64,000 nucleotides of DNA. Source: Octopus sinensis (taxonomy: Eukaryota). Where the stretch lies: NCBI RefSeq assembly GCF_006345805.1, contig NC_043001.1:20274001-20338000 (forward strand), in the 5' to 3' direction. The notes beneath the pieces are model-generated. The model saw only the letters and a list, made by a program, of their open reading frames with translations, made no database searches and was not told the origin of the DNA. The translations under genes and the position numbers were made by a program. Numbering within the stretch: position 1 is the stretch's first letter; each line of letters opens with the position of its first letter. Positions 39,146 through 51,844 of the stretch are shown piece by piece.

Positions 39146-40104
39146 ATGGCAGTGTGGCAATAAGTTTGCTTCCCAATAACATGGTTTTAGGTTTTAGGTT
39201 CAGTCCTACTGCTTGGCACCTTGGGCAAGTGTCTTCTACTGTAGCCTTAGGCTGACCGAAGCCTTGTGAACAGCTTTTTTAGTCGGAAGTTGAAGGAACC
39301 TTATCATATATTTGTGTGCTTGTGTATGTGTCTGTGTGTTTGTGCATGTGTGTGTATGCGCATGTGTGTCTTTGTATCTGTATTTGTTCCCCATCACCAT
39401 TTGATAACCAGCGTTGGTTTGTTTACATCCTTATAATTAGAGGTTTGGCAAAAGAGGCTGATAGAATAAGTACCAGGTTTTAAAACAAAATAAGAACTGG
39501 GGTTGATTCAGTCAAATAAAGTTCTTCAAATCTGTGCCCCAGCATGGCCGCAGTCTAATGACTGGGACAAGTAAAAAGTAAAGGAACAGTAATATGTTGG
39601 GGGTTAATTCATCTAAATCTATTACTTCTCTACAATTCCATCCTTGTTCTAAAACAATAAACTGTACCCTACATATGAAAAGAAACCCTTATCAGAAAAT
39701 TAAGGAGTGGCTGTGTGGTAAGTAGCTTGCTTACCAACCGCATGGTTCCGGGTTCAATACCACTGCGTGGCATCTTGGGCAAGTGTCTTCTGCTATAGCC
39801 CCAGGCCAACCAATGCCTTGTGAGTGGATTTGGTAGACGGAAACTGAAAGAAGCCTGTCATATATGTGTATATATATATATATATGTATGTGTGTGTATA
39901 TGTTTGTGTGTCTGTGTTTGTTCCCCTAGCATTGCTTGACAACCGATGCTGGTGTGTTTACATCCCCGTCACTTAGCGGTTCGGCAAAAGAGACCGATAG
40001 AATAAGTATTGGGCTTACAAAAGAATAAGTCCCAGGGTCGAGTTGCTCGACTAAAGGTGGTGCTCCAGCATGGCCGCAGTCAAATGACTGAAACAAGTAA
40101 AAGA
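39146..40104 (+). mobile_element. Two SINE type B copies (about 39146-39582 and 39703-40104)
   Basis: Similar to other copies. Confidence 0.8.
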
Positions 40105-40130
40105 GAAAAAGAGAGAAAGAGAATACTTAC

Positions 40131-40267
40131 CAAATTTACAGAGTCACTGCATAATATTCTTAATAAAGGATGCCTTTGTTGTGTTATAAACACTGTGTAT
40201 AGTTTTGTTTCTTCGTTAAGATGTGTAAAATTAATATTTACATAGTTATCCACTTTGTTACATTGAA
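40131..40267 (-). CDS. IL17R-like exon (start of second FN3-like domain)
   Basis: atttttcag|TT...TTG|gtaagt, 137 nt, phase 1-0; (I)QCNKVDNYVNINFTHLNEETKLYTVFITQQRHPLLRILCSDSVNL. Confidence 0.8.
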
Positions 40268-40447
40268 CTGAAAAATTTCTGGGGGGAACTAAAAGAAAGA
40301 GAAAAAAAATAAATGAATGTTAAATATTTTTGAGTTGTACTTGTTTGTCAGGGTATTTACCTGAGATCACCTGTTGAAACAATCAATTAGATGTCTGTAG
40401 AAGCAAGATGTACACAAACCATTATATTGATCTTTGTAACATTGTTA

Positions 40448-40690
40448 TATTGGGTTGGCAAGAAAGTAATTTCGTTTTTCACAAATAGATACAATTACGA
40501 TTTTTTTGAATGACTTTTGTCAATGTTATGCTTTATTTTTCCTTTTGACATTTGATAGCCATTACTTCTAGCTTATTTTAGTAGCAAATTGCACGTAATT
40601 TTGTTTACAGCCATTAGTTCAGTGTCGATTTTAACATGGAGTGCAAAAATGAACATTTTCACCATAAATACAAAACATGTTAAACAAGAA
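40448..40690 (+). mobile_element. Mariner-type terminal fragment
   Basis: TA-ttgggttggcaagaaagtaatttcg resembles a mariner terminal inverted repeat (TIR). Confidence 0.5.
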
Positions 40691-40702
40691 AGGTTACAAA
40701 AT

Positions 40703-40713
40703 ATGTTGGAGTA

Positions 40714-40744
<31 letters not shown>

Positions 40745-40868
40745 TACACACACACACTACACACACACGCACACAAACACACAAACACACACACACACAC
40801 ACAAACACACAAACACATACACACACACACATACACACAAACACACACACACAAACACATACACACAA

Positions 40869-40901
<33 letters not shown>

Positions 40902-41010
40902 AAAACACACACACACATACACACAAACACACACACACACGCACACAAACACTTACACACAAACTCACACACACACACACACACATACACACACACACTA
41001 CTCACACACA
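40703..41010. repeat. Degenerate (CA)n compound microsatellite
   Basis: Seen directly. Confidence 0.95.
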
Positions 41011-41104
41011 CAAAATAAATAAATAAGTAATCTGAAAAGGGACAAAAAGATAACACAACATAAAAAAATAATAGACAGAAAACATGAAATTATGTAGCAA
41101 TATT

Positions 41105-41632
41105 GTTTGTTCTTTCTCGAGCCTTCCCTGGCTCATAGGGCCGGTTTCCCGGTTTCCTTGGTGTATAGGTTTCCCACCTGGATGAGACGCCGGTCCGTCG
41201 CAGGTGAGCTGTAAGATGCAGGAGGAAAGAGTGAGGGAAAGTTGTGGCGAAAGAGTCAGCATAAGTTCACCATTACCTTCTACCGGAGCCGTGTGGAGCT
41301 TAGGTGTTTCGCTCATAAATACACACATTGCTCAGTCTGAGATTTGAATCCGCGATCCCTCGACCACGAGTTCGGTGCTCTAACCACTAGACCAGTGCTT
41401 TTCAAACTTTTTGCTGGAGCGGAACCCCGAGGAAACATTCCACCGGCTCGGGGAACCCCTGTGCAATAATTTAATAGTCTTATGCACACATATCTGCACA
41501 GGAGAATTAAAAATTACTGCCGATTTTAGCAGTTTTGTAACTTCTTATGGAACCCCTGGACTGTACTGGCGGAACCCTAAGGTTCCATGGAACCCTGGCT
41601 AAAAACCACTGCACTAGACCATGTGCCTCCAC
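41105..41632 (-). mobile_element. Same V-domain-like SINE, split by the hAT MITE
   Basis: Similar to 4285-4598. Confidence 0.75.
41393..41611. mobile_element. hAT-type MITE
   Basis: cagtg...cactg termini and a perfect 8-bp target-site duplication (TSD) cactagac. Confidence 0.8.
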
Positions 41633-41980
41633 TATGTAGCAATATAAAAAAAAAAAATAAGCACACAGAAGAGATGGAACACTAAGACATTTTGGGACCA
41701 TTTGTGCTCTAGCTTGCAGTTCTCTTCTGCTTATAATCTTTCAGCAGAATTCTAGGATCGGTCCTTCCCTAAGTAGCAGTTTCAGTACTTGAGCCTGTAT
41801 CTTCATCAAATTTGTTGATGGTACAGTCTGCACACCACCTCTTCACCCTCATCCTCCACTTCAATGAATACGACAGTGTATGTATGTTTTTAATGGCTCC
41901 ACTGATTATGCATAAATGCAATCATTCAAAAATACATCAAATTATCATCATCATCATCGTCGTCGTCGTCATCGTCGTCG

Positions 41981-42011
<31 letters not shown>

Positions 42012-42144
42012 TATCATCATCCAGTGTTTTAAATCTGGGTTTTGTCCCCATTAACGGGGGTGGCCGGATTTACCTCAATACCATAGCAACCACCCTCACA
42101 CCATCTCGCCATCTTATGAAATTTAATAAGAGGTTATCACTTAC

Positions 42145-42205
42145 TTTGAACAGCTGATGGAAAACGATAAATAGTTCCTGTAGTAAAGATTTTTCCCAAA
42201 AGTAT
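42145..42205 (-). CDS. IL17R-like exon (end of first FN3-like domain)
   Basis: ttttttatcattatag|ATA...AAA|gtaagt, 61 nt, phase 0-1; ILLGKIFTTGTIYRFPSAVQ. Confidence 0.72.
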
Positions 42206-43182
42206 CTATAATGATAAAAAAAAAAGAAAGAAACAATAAAATTTAATGAGTACGATTGATTTATTAGTTAATCTCATGACATATCATCATCATCATCATC
42301 ATCATCATCACTATTATTTAATGTATGTTTTTCATGTTGACATAGGATGGACAGTTTGATGAGATCCAATGAACTGGTGAACTGCATCAAATAAAAATGT
42401 CTGCATTGGCATAGTTTCAGTGGCTGGATGCTCTTCCTAGTGCTTATAACTTTGCAGAAAGTACTGGCTGTTATTTTTATGACACCAGCACTAGTGAGGT
42501 CACCCTGTATCTCACAAAACAAAGAAAATGATCCTGCTGATTACCATTAACCAAATGAGGGTGTAGTAAAGAGGGAGGTAGCTTCATGTTGGGTATTGAG
42601 AAGCTTAAATAGATACAGGGACGGGTATAGATGTCTTGCTATATCCTACATTATATAAAGTGAGAGTAACTGGAAGGAAGACATGATGATGACAAGATGT
42701 GAGAGAATTAAAAAAATGTAAGCGTCCTTAATCATAGGTGGAAAAGTGGTTTATGCAATATACATTGCTGTTCAGTTTGTTTCCGTTCTTTTTAACATCT
42801 GCTTTTACATATTTGCATGGGTCAGATGGAACTTGTCGAGGTAGATTTTCTATGGCTGGAGACCTGTCCAGTTGCTAACCTTTACCAGTTTCCAAGCAAA
42901 GTAATAGTTTTCTTGTCCAGGGGTTGCCAAAGGGGGTTCGAGGGACCCCGAAGGGGTTGGCGGAGAATTACAGTGGGGGGGGGGCAGCAATGATAGCCAA
43001 GGAGTCGAATGGGGGTCAGCATCCGAAAGACCAGATGAACTGCTTGAAATACTTAGCCAGCACCATGCTCATCCCTCACGTGGATGTTGTTAATTTCAGT
43101 AAAAGATATTCCAGCAGTATGATTCGTTTTTCACATTTTCTAACCATGGAAACAATTTCATAAAAATTTTAAAACTCTATAC

Positions 43183-43552
43183 TCATAGGCGTAGGAGTGG
43201 CTGTGTGATAAGTAGCTTGCTTACCAGCCACATGGTTCCGGGTTCAGTCCCACTGTGTGGCACCTTGGGCAAGTGTCATCTACTATAGCCTCGGACCGAC
43301 CAAAGCCTTGTGAGTGGATTTGGTCGACGGAAACTGAAAGAAGCCCGTCATATATATGTATATATATATATATATGTATATATATGTGTGTGTGTATGTG
43401 TGTGTATGTTTGTGTGTCTGTGTTTGTCCCCCAACATCGTTTGACAACCAATGCTGGTGTGTTTAGGTCCCTGTAACTTAGCGGTTCAGCAAAAGTGACC
43501 GATAGAATAAGTACTAGGCTTACAAAGAATAAATCCTGGAGTCGATTTGTTC
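43183..43552 (+). mobile_element. SINE type B
   Basis: Near-full copy. Confidence 0.85.
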
Positions 43553-44138
43553 TAATAGAGAGAGAAAGAATGAGAGTGGAAGAGAGAGAGAAAACGAAAG
43601 TATGTGTGTGAGAGAGAGAGAGAGAGGGTGAAAGTGAAAGAGAGAGAGAGCAAACGTTAGAGGGAAAGAGAGAGAGAGAGAAAGAGCAAATATGATACGG
43701 AAAGCGAGAAAAAGAGAGAGAGAGAGAGAGAGAGATGGTGATGGTATTCTATTGTGTATGTTCAAAGCACAATGAATCTTTGTAGGATTACCTTATATGT
43801 ATGATTTGAGAGATAGTCAGTTGTTATTTCTAGCATGTTATTGGCTTGTGTGTGTATTTGTTATTTTTATTGGTTTTAGTTAGATACAAGGGTCTGTGAC
43901 CATGACATTCCCAATGTTTGTGATATGTTGAAAACAGAGAGAAAATTTTCTTTTTAAATGCAGACATCTGTATTACAAAAGCACCACATTCCGTAAATTG
44001 TGCCATAACATGTAATTCTGTAAGATAAAACTTTCTGTTACATGGCAAAAATATCAAAAGGAAAATAAATTTTAGGGAATACAGTGCTTTTGTAACTCAA
44101 GACATACCTGTGTTTTCTCTTAAATAAAATATTTAATT

Positions 44139-44434
44139 ACGGAGATGTACTTGCATAGTAAGTGACCTGATCTGAGATCGTGTGCTGGAAGGAAAACAAT
44201 TGCAGCGTGGAAGGTGTTTATAAGCCATTTAAGAAACACACAAAAATCGTTAGATTCACTTCAACATTTAAATTTAATTTACCAAATTATTTTTGTCACT
44301 TTGAGACCGCAACCTGTTCACTGACAAAATTCCGTGCTGCATCTGATTTTGGTAAATTAAATTTAAATGTTGAAGTGAATCTAACAGTTTTTGTGTGTTT
44401 CTTAAATGGCTTATAAACACCTTCCATGCTGCAA
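44139..44434. repeat. Repeat with 87-bp inverted arms (44200-44286 / 44348-44434)
   Basis: Arms are direct reverse complements; the spacer resembles a decayed hammerhead. Confidence 0.8.
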
Positions 44435-44460
44435 AATATTAAATATGAAATATTAAATAA

Positions 44461-45117
44461 GTAGGCACAGGAGTGGCTGTGTGGTAAGTAGCTTGCTTCC
44501 CTACCACATGGTTCTGGGTTCAGTCCCACTGTGTGCCACCTTGGGCAAATGCCTTCTACTATAGCCTTGGACTGACCAAAGCCTTGTGAGTGGATTTAGT
44601 AGAAAGAAACTGAAAGAAGCCCGTCGTATACATATGTGTGTATGTGTGTGTTTATGTATGTGTGTGTTTGTATTTGTGTTTGTCCCCACCATCATCACTT
44701 GACAACTGATGTTGGTGTGTTTACGTCCCCTGTAACTTAGCGGTTTGGCAAAAGAGACCAATAGAATAAGTACTAGGCTTACAAAGAATAAGCCCTGGGT
44801 GACAAGCTGGCAGAAACATTAGTACGCCAGGTGAAATGCTTAGTGGTATTTCATCTGCCGTTACGTTCTGAGTTCAAATTCCGCCGAGGTTAACTTTGCC
44901 TTTCATCCTTTCAGGGTCAATAAATTTAGTACCAGTTATGCACTGGGGTTGAGGTAATCGACTTAATCCTTTTGTATGTCCTTGTTTGTCCCCTCTGTGT
45001 TTAGCCCCTAGTAGGCAATAAAGAAATAACAAAGAATAAATCCTGGGGTCAATTTGTTCGACTAAAGTCGGTGCTCCAGCATGGCCACAGTCAAATTACT
45101 GAAACGAACAGAAGAAT
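44461..45117 (+). mobile_element. SINE type B interrupted by a type A copy
   Basis: Similar to other copies. Confidence 0.8.
44800..45028 (+). mobile_element. SINE type A nested in a type B SINE
   Basis: TSD acaaagaataa. Confidence 0.85.
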
Positions 45118-45137
45118 AAAACAATATAAAATATTAC

Positions 45138-45209
45138 CTTTACATCGTATTTTTGGGAAGGTTTCAGTTTTGATGAATTGACTCGAACCGTGGCTTTGTG
45201 ATTTGGTGA
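45138..45209 (-). CDS. IL17R-like exon (FN3-like)
   Basis: ttttgttttcacag|TCA...AAG|gtaata, 72 nt, phase 0-0; SPNHKATVRVNSSKLKPSQKYDVK (FN3 L-x-P-x-x-x-Y pattern). Confidence 0.78.
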
Positions 45210-45509
45210 CTGTGAAAACAAAAGGAAATGTGGTTACTTCATTTCTCACTTTAATTCTAAAAGATAAACATTATTAATACACAGACTCCTCTTAATATGT
45301 ATATTAAACACTGCTGTTACTCTTCTCACATAACTCTGCAGCCTTTGCAGGAGTCAATTTGGCTTTTCCCATCTCATGAATTGGTGAAAAAAATAAAGTA
45401 ATTAAGCTGGTCCCAATTAATGAGATCAGTTTAACTTATTATAGCCAACCTACTCTTGTGCCCAAATTTTTTGAAATATTTCCTTTTTATACTATTGTTT
45501 ACCATGCCT

Positions 45510-45511
<2 letters not shown>

Positions 45512-45573
<62 letters not shown>

Positions 45574-45758
45574 TGTGTGTGTGTCTGTGTGTGCATGTGT
45601 ATGTGTGTGTCTTTGTGTATCTGTGTGTATATGTGTGTGTTTGTGTGTGTGTCTATGTGTGTGTGTGTCTGTGTGTCTGTGTGTATGTGTCTGTGTGTCT
45701 GTGTCTGTGTGTGTGTCTGTGTGTGTATGTGTGTATGTGTGTGAGTGTGTGTGTGTGT
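45512..45758. repeat. Degenerate (TG)n compound microsatellite
   Basis: Seen directly. Confidence 0.95.
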
Positions 45759-46160
45759 ACACATAATCAGTTCTGTATATATTTCTATAATTTTTGTAAA
45801 TTTGATCTTGTAATGTCCCATCATTCATTGCCCTGGTGGCAAATAAAAGAAATCATTTTTATTATCATTTGGAGTATATGCTTATTTCTTATGGGAAATT
45901 TACATTTCACTGGTTAGAAAGTCTATCAACTCATAACACCCTCTGTGGTGTTTGTGGTGTTATGGGCTGTGATGAGCTATGTGGTGTTGGTGGAGAGGAT
46001 TGCAGATGAGGTAAACGGAAGCAGAACAGCCATGGGGCAAGCATGGGCAGGAAGCACATGGGGAAGTTCGACGAGAGACGGCAGTGTGCAAGGATGTGTT
46101 TATTTCTTGACAGTGATTGCTCATCCCACCTAGGTCAACAGGTAAGGTCTCTGTAAGGAA

Positions 46161-46399
46161 AAGGCGGCAAGCTGGTAGAAACGTTAGCACGCCGGGCGAA
46201 ATGCATAGCCGTATTTTCATCTGCCGTTACATTCTGAATTCAAATTCCGCCGAGGTCGACTTTGCCTTTCATCCTTTCGGGGTCAATAAATTAAATATCA
46301 GTTACACACTGGGGTCGATGTAATCGGCTTAATCTGTTTGCCTGTCCTTGTTTTGTCCCCTCTGTGTTTAGCCCCTTGTGGTAGTAAAGAAATAGGTAA
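46161..46399 (+). mobile_element. SINE type A
   Basis: Full monomer. Confidence 0.85.
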
Positions 46400-47055
46400 G
46401 GTCTCTGTATTTCTTTCTCCTGTTTGCTCCTTTTTCTATTGTCTTTTTCCTCCATCAAACTACACCCTCTTTACAGAGGATTCAGTACATCATAGCATGC
46501 ATGGAACTGTGACCTCTGCAGAGGTTCCTACTACAGTTTATCAGGAATGACTTCACACAGCTCATCTCTTTGGTGAAGATAAAGTCCTAAGATTCATCAC
46601 TTGATATCAGGAATATTGTCAAGGGCAATGTGGCCACCAGAAGACTAATCATAGCATTCTATGGAGGATTAAAGGCAAGCAAGAGTGATCACATCCTCAA
46701 GGAAATGAAAATCAGGGAACAGTTTTTTTCTGGGCCTGTGAACAACATCTCAAATATTTGGCACTGCTATCAGAGAAGCAAGTAGAACTGGGTAAATACT
46801 GCTGGTTTGATAAAAGCTCTACAGATTGGGAATAATTGGACATTTATTTAATTGCAGTTTCTCATGCCCATATTTCCTTTTTTTCAGGAATTTTGCTCAA
46901 ACATTTCCCCGGTCATTTTGTATCCACAAAATTTACCATAAGACAAAGTGTATTATATCAGCATTTTGCAAAATAAAAAAAGATTGATAAAAAGGTTTTA
47001 TAAAAAACATTAAATAGCCAAGTCTTTATTCTACATCAAACATTTAAAAGATTTA

Positions 47056-47201
47056 GCTTGCTTACCAACCACATGGTTCCGGGTTCAGTCCCACTGCATG
47101 GCACATTGGGCAAGTGTCTTCTACTATAGCCTTAGGCCGACCAAGGCCTTGTGAGTGGATTTGGTAGACGGAAACTGAAAGAAGCCTGTCGTATATATGT
47201 A

Positions 47202-47239
<38 letters not shown>

Positions 47240-47440
47240 TGTGTCTGTGTTTGTCCACCCAACATCACTTGACAACCGATGCTAGTGAGTCTGCATCCCC
47301 GTAACTTAGTAGTTCGGCAAAAGTGACCAATAGAATAAGTACTGGGCTTACAAAGAATAAGTCCTGGGGTCGATTTGCTCAACTAAAGGCAGTGCTCCAG
47401 CATGGCTGCAGTCAAATGACTGAAACAAGTAAAAAAGTAA
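47056..47440 (+). mobile_element. SINE type B
   Basis: Similar to other copies. Confidence 0.85.
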
Positions 47441-47719
47441 GTCTTTTAATCCTTTGAACCCTAACCACCCACAAGAATTGAATGCACTCCCCTAAGCTTT
47501 CACTGAAAATTTTTAAGTTTAGAATCTATGCTAAAAGATATGCTTGTTTCATAACACAAGGGTACAAAATGGTGAAAAATGATAGAATACAAGACGTTCA
47601 AGAATTTTTTCATTAATCTATCTCCAATACGTTGAGCCAGTCATGCCAGCAGGAAAGCTTTGCAGTGGTTACACAAGAAAATAGTCTTTGACTGTTTTGG
47701 CAAGTCCTTATATTGAGCA

Positions 47720-48108
47720 CTAGCAGCATCGCCCAGCATTGCTCGGGTTTGTTTCGACCCTTTAGAATTGGAATTTTTGAAAAGTAAAAATTTTGCATCA
47801 TGTAGCTTGTTATTCTCTTTAAGTGAACATTTTTCTGGTTGAAATACACCAAAAAATGGCGACACACCAGTCAAAAATCGTAAAAAATAGGGATTTTCAT
47901 AGAAAAAAAAGCACCTTTTTGATGTAAATAATTTTTGGTGTTAACATGGTCTAATTTGAATTTTTTCTTCTACGGAAGGAAGAGCAAGCCTTCTTCTATC
48001 ATACTCTCAATTTTAGTCAACTTGCGCCGCAGGGTCTCGGAGAAGATAGTGTTAGTTGAAGGCTACCAAATCTGCCACACAGACAACTTCAGCTTTATAT
48101 ATACAGAG
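47720..48108 (-). mobile_element. Non-autonomous Helitron
   Basis: Minus strand: TC..tatatataaagctgaag 5' end, cccgagcaatgctggg hairpin, CTAG 3' end; similar to the 54865 copy. Confidence 0.7.
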
Positions 48109-49548
48109 ATTAGGATTTGTTCTCTTGGCCTGCTTATGTTTCCTCATGCACACAGCACAAGAATTGTTTGTAGTTGTATGTTCAGCTTGTTCCACATTGT
48201 GCAAACCAACGCCAACCAAACGATCCTCGGCAGTTGCTGGATAATCATGTCCCACATGGGTACTGACCCTCACAACACCGATTAGTTCACACAAAGCTTA
48301 TCCAAGAAAGCATGGAACGTGAAAGTTCTTTTGTTAGGCTGGAGGTGGGGCTTGTAAAATCCCTGCAAAACATAGGCATTATATAATGTCCACATAAAGA
48401 ACTTCATCACTAATCGGCAAGGCCATTTGTAATGGCGTTGGCACTTTTGGTCATTTTTTCTAGTCTTCCAATGAAGTTATTGTAATTCTTCACAGCTATG
48501 GAACAGAGGACAGGTACCTTTCTGTGTTCATTACAATCATACCTAGTGGCTGAGGTCATGGGTGAATCCACATAAATTGATGAAACGAAATATATGGGGC
48601 ATTTGTCTATCCATATTATCACTGTAATGTTCCAATCAGATCACTGATTCCCCTTTTTGTCTTCTGGGACACTTTGGAAAAGACCTTCTGCAAGCTCAAC
48701 TGATGTGTAAAGGAGGAGACCCATTCGGTCATAAATAACCATGGGATTGCACCTAGAAAGTTACCCTCTGAGGCACAATTCCAGGCAAGATTGTTTGTGG
48801 AAGGCTAGCATGCATACCAGCATCCCCTCTCCATGCCACTGATGTTATCCAAGGCAAAGGCCGATACAGATTGGCACCTGTGACGTCGCAACTCATTTCT
48901 ATCATTTGCACTACGAGAGTCCCTGTTACCCCCAAATTATCAACTGCTCAGGCATCTGGTCTCCTTCCAGAGTACACTTCAACATTCACAATGTAAACAT
49001 TTGCACTGTCTGTTGGCAGGAATGTCTTCAAGCACCAATGGATGGGTTTGTCTTTATGGATAAAGCGTTTTTGGTCAGAATCATACCTTCATCTGAAGAC
49101 ATCTCATATTCAGGCACAAAATGCTTTTGAAACCTTGGCAAGGTATAACCAATATCTGGCTGTGACTTATGTATTTTGTCTTTCTTATTTACATTAGGAT
49201 CATCCTCATCGACATAGTGTAACATTGACCATATAGCTAAAAACCTGTTCCTTACCATGACCTGCCCAAATCCTAGAGTTAATGTCAAAAAGCTGCCTTT
49301 TGTACGCCAGTACTGTTCATACCAATCCTTATGAGCTAACATCTCTGCAGCAACTCTACAAGCAAAGAAGGCTTTCATCTCTTTTACTATCATGTCATAC
49401 CATCTTTTTGCAGCATAGTTATTGGGCTTAGCAGCCTTGACACATGTGGCATTCTTATTACTTTCTCTAACCAAAATGTCCCAAAGCACATTATCCCCGA
49501 AAAGGGAGAGGAAAGCTAGGGTACCACTTTCTCCATTTATATTAGGTG

Positions 49549-49779
49549 CACTTTCCATGCTAGCATGTGTTGGACGATTTGACTGAGGTCTGGCGAACCA
49601 GATGGCTGCACCAGACTCCAATCTGATCTGGCAGAGTTTCTATAGCTGGATGGTGTTAGGAAGGGCATCCAGCTGTAGAAACTCTGCCAGATCAGATTGG
49701 AGTCTGGTGCAGCCATCTGGTTCACCAGACCTCAGTGAAATCGTCCAACCCATGCTAGCATGAAAAGTGGACGTTAAAC

Positions 49780-49810
<31 letters not shown>
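49549..49810. mobile_element. SINE type C as an inverted self-duplication inside the piggyBac
   Basis: Arms 49549-49652 and 49666-49769. Confidence 0.85.
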
Positions 49811-49812
<2 letters not shown>

Positions 49813-50299
49813 TATCTTTTGGATCTGTGGGATGGTTAGGATTAAACAGTCTTGCAGTAAAACCAGCCATATCTCGTCTCCAGGGCGCAGGAATATTCAT
49901 ATTTACTACCACCATCAAGCCTCTGTCATACCCACCACTAAGGCCACACCCTCCTATTAGCATGGGGCATTTGAGTATGCACTGCAGCATTGTCTACGTT
50001 ATGTACAAGTTCACCTTGATCACTGTCAGAATTGCTGGGCAATTCTTTGCTGGTTTCTTGCTCAAAATCACTTTTGCTACTGTAATCAGACTCATCTAAA
50101 TCCTTCTCATCATCACCAAGAATCTGAGCTGGTGCTTCTTCAGCACTGACACAGTTTGAAGACATTCTTGGCAAAATTCAAGCATGAAATAAGGAATCCA
50201 TGATAGAGTATGTATGGCGAAGACCCAAAATAACACACTCACTGATTGGTTGCTAAGTGGCTCAAGTGGCTATTTCTATAGTGTGTAACAAAATGAAGA

Positions 50300-50841
50300 C
50301 ACTGGCATTTTGAGAATATACATCCAAATGGAAATTGTAGTTACGATACCTGTGCCGGCGGCAGGTAAAAAGCACCATCTGAACGTGGCCGATGCCAGCG
50401 CTGCCTTGACTGGCTTCTGTGCCGGTGGCACATGACCTGCTGTGCTTGAGGAGACCTATTGAGTCAAGTACATCAACATCAAAATAAATATCAAATGGAA
50501 ATTGTAGTTGTGATACCTGTGCCGGTGACACGTAAAAAGCACCATCCGAACGTGGTTGATGCCAGCACCACCTTGACTGGCTTCCATGCCGGTGGCACGT
50601 AAAAAGCACCAACCAATCGTGGCCACTTCCAGCCTCCCCTGGCACCTGTGCCGGTGGCATATAAAAAGCACCCACTACACTCACGGAATGGTTGGTGTTA
50701 GGAAGGGCATCCAGCTGTAGAAACACTGCCAGATCAGATTGGAGCCTGGTGCAACCTCCTGGCTTCCCAGACCCCGGTTGAACCATCCAACCCATGCTAG
50801 CACGGAAAACGGATGTTAAACGATGATGATGATGATGATGA
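50300..50841 (+). mobile_element. SINE type C, long form
   Basis: Similar to other copies. Confidence 0.8.
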
Positions 50842-50964
50842 CAGCCTTGGGTCCTAAGGGTTACAATATATTGGGAATATATGGCAGTTTGGGTTCTAAG
50901 GGTTAAAATGAAATCACTTATGGTGAATTTTCCTATAGCAAAAATGTTTACTCTCTTTCTTTTT

Positions 50965-51371
50965 TTACTCTTTTACTTGTTTCAGTCATTTGACTGCGGC
51001 CATGCTGGAGCACCGCCTTTAGTCGATCAAATCGATCCCGGGACTTATTCTTTGTAAGCCCAGTACTTATTCTATCGGTCTCTTTTGCCGAACCGCTAAT
51101 TGACGGGGACGTAAACACACCAGCATTGGTTGTCAAGCAATGCTAGGGGGACAAACACAGACACACAAACACACACACACATACATATATATACATACAT
51201 ATATACGACAGGCCTCCTTCAGTTTCCGTCTACCAAATCCACTCACAAGGCATTGGTCGGCCCGGGGCTATAGCAGAAGACACTTGCCCAAGATGCCACG
51301 CAGTGGGACTGAACCCGGAACCATGTGGTTGGTTAGCAAGCTACTTACCACACAGCCACTCCTGCGCCTAT
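50965..51371 (-). mobile_element. SINE type B
   Basis: Full copy. Confidence 0.85.
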
Positions 51372-51414
51372 GGGGAAATTTGGGGAAATTTTGGGGAAAT
51401 TTTGGGGAAATTTT
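51372..51414 (+). repeat. (GGGGAAATTT[T])x4 tandem repeat
   Basis: Four G4 runs at 51372, 51382, 51393 and 51404. Confidence 0.9.
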
Positions 51415-51844
51415 GTATAACCTGGTTATTGACTTAATTTTTAAATTTATGATTTATTGATAAAAACTGATCTCGTTATAATTAAAAGGTGAATCGGTAT
51501 GTGAGCATTCAGATAAAAATTAAATGGTGACCGATAGCAGTCTTATCAAGCAAAAAAAGATATGATGTAATTATTAAATTGTGATGATATTAGTAATTAG
51601 TAATGTAAAAACAAAAAACAAAAAAAATCATCTCACAGTTCAAACACTGTCAAGTTTAGTGAATATAAGAATAAACAGTATAAAATGGTTGGCTTTAGGA
51701 ATTGCATCCAGCAATAGGAACCATACCAGAGTAGACAATAGAGCATGATGCAGTCTTTTGACTTTTCAGATCCTATTAACCTGTCCAATCCATGCCAGTA
51801 GGGATCATGGGCATTAAAGATGACGATGACAACAACGACGATGA

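Larger units (their letters stand above)
47446..50906 (-). mobile_element. Decayed full-length piggyBac transposon (PGBD-type transposase relics)
   Basis: TTAA at both ends; termini tcctttgaaccc / gggttctaaggg. Fragments: acidic N-terminus, RNRFLAIWSMLHY, SSDEGMI, YTSVELAE, WIDKCPIYFVSS, KNYNNFIG, CAVC. Contains frameshifts and nested SINEs and a Helitron. Confidence 0.85.

Noticed and set aside
39626-39648. 23-nt micro-exon candidate
   Set aside because: Breaks the phase between the 40131 and 38283 exons.
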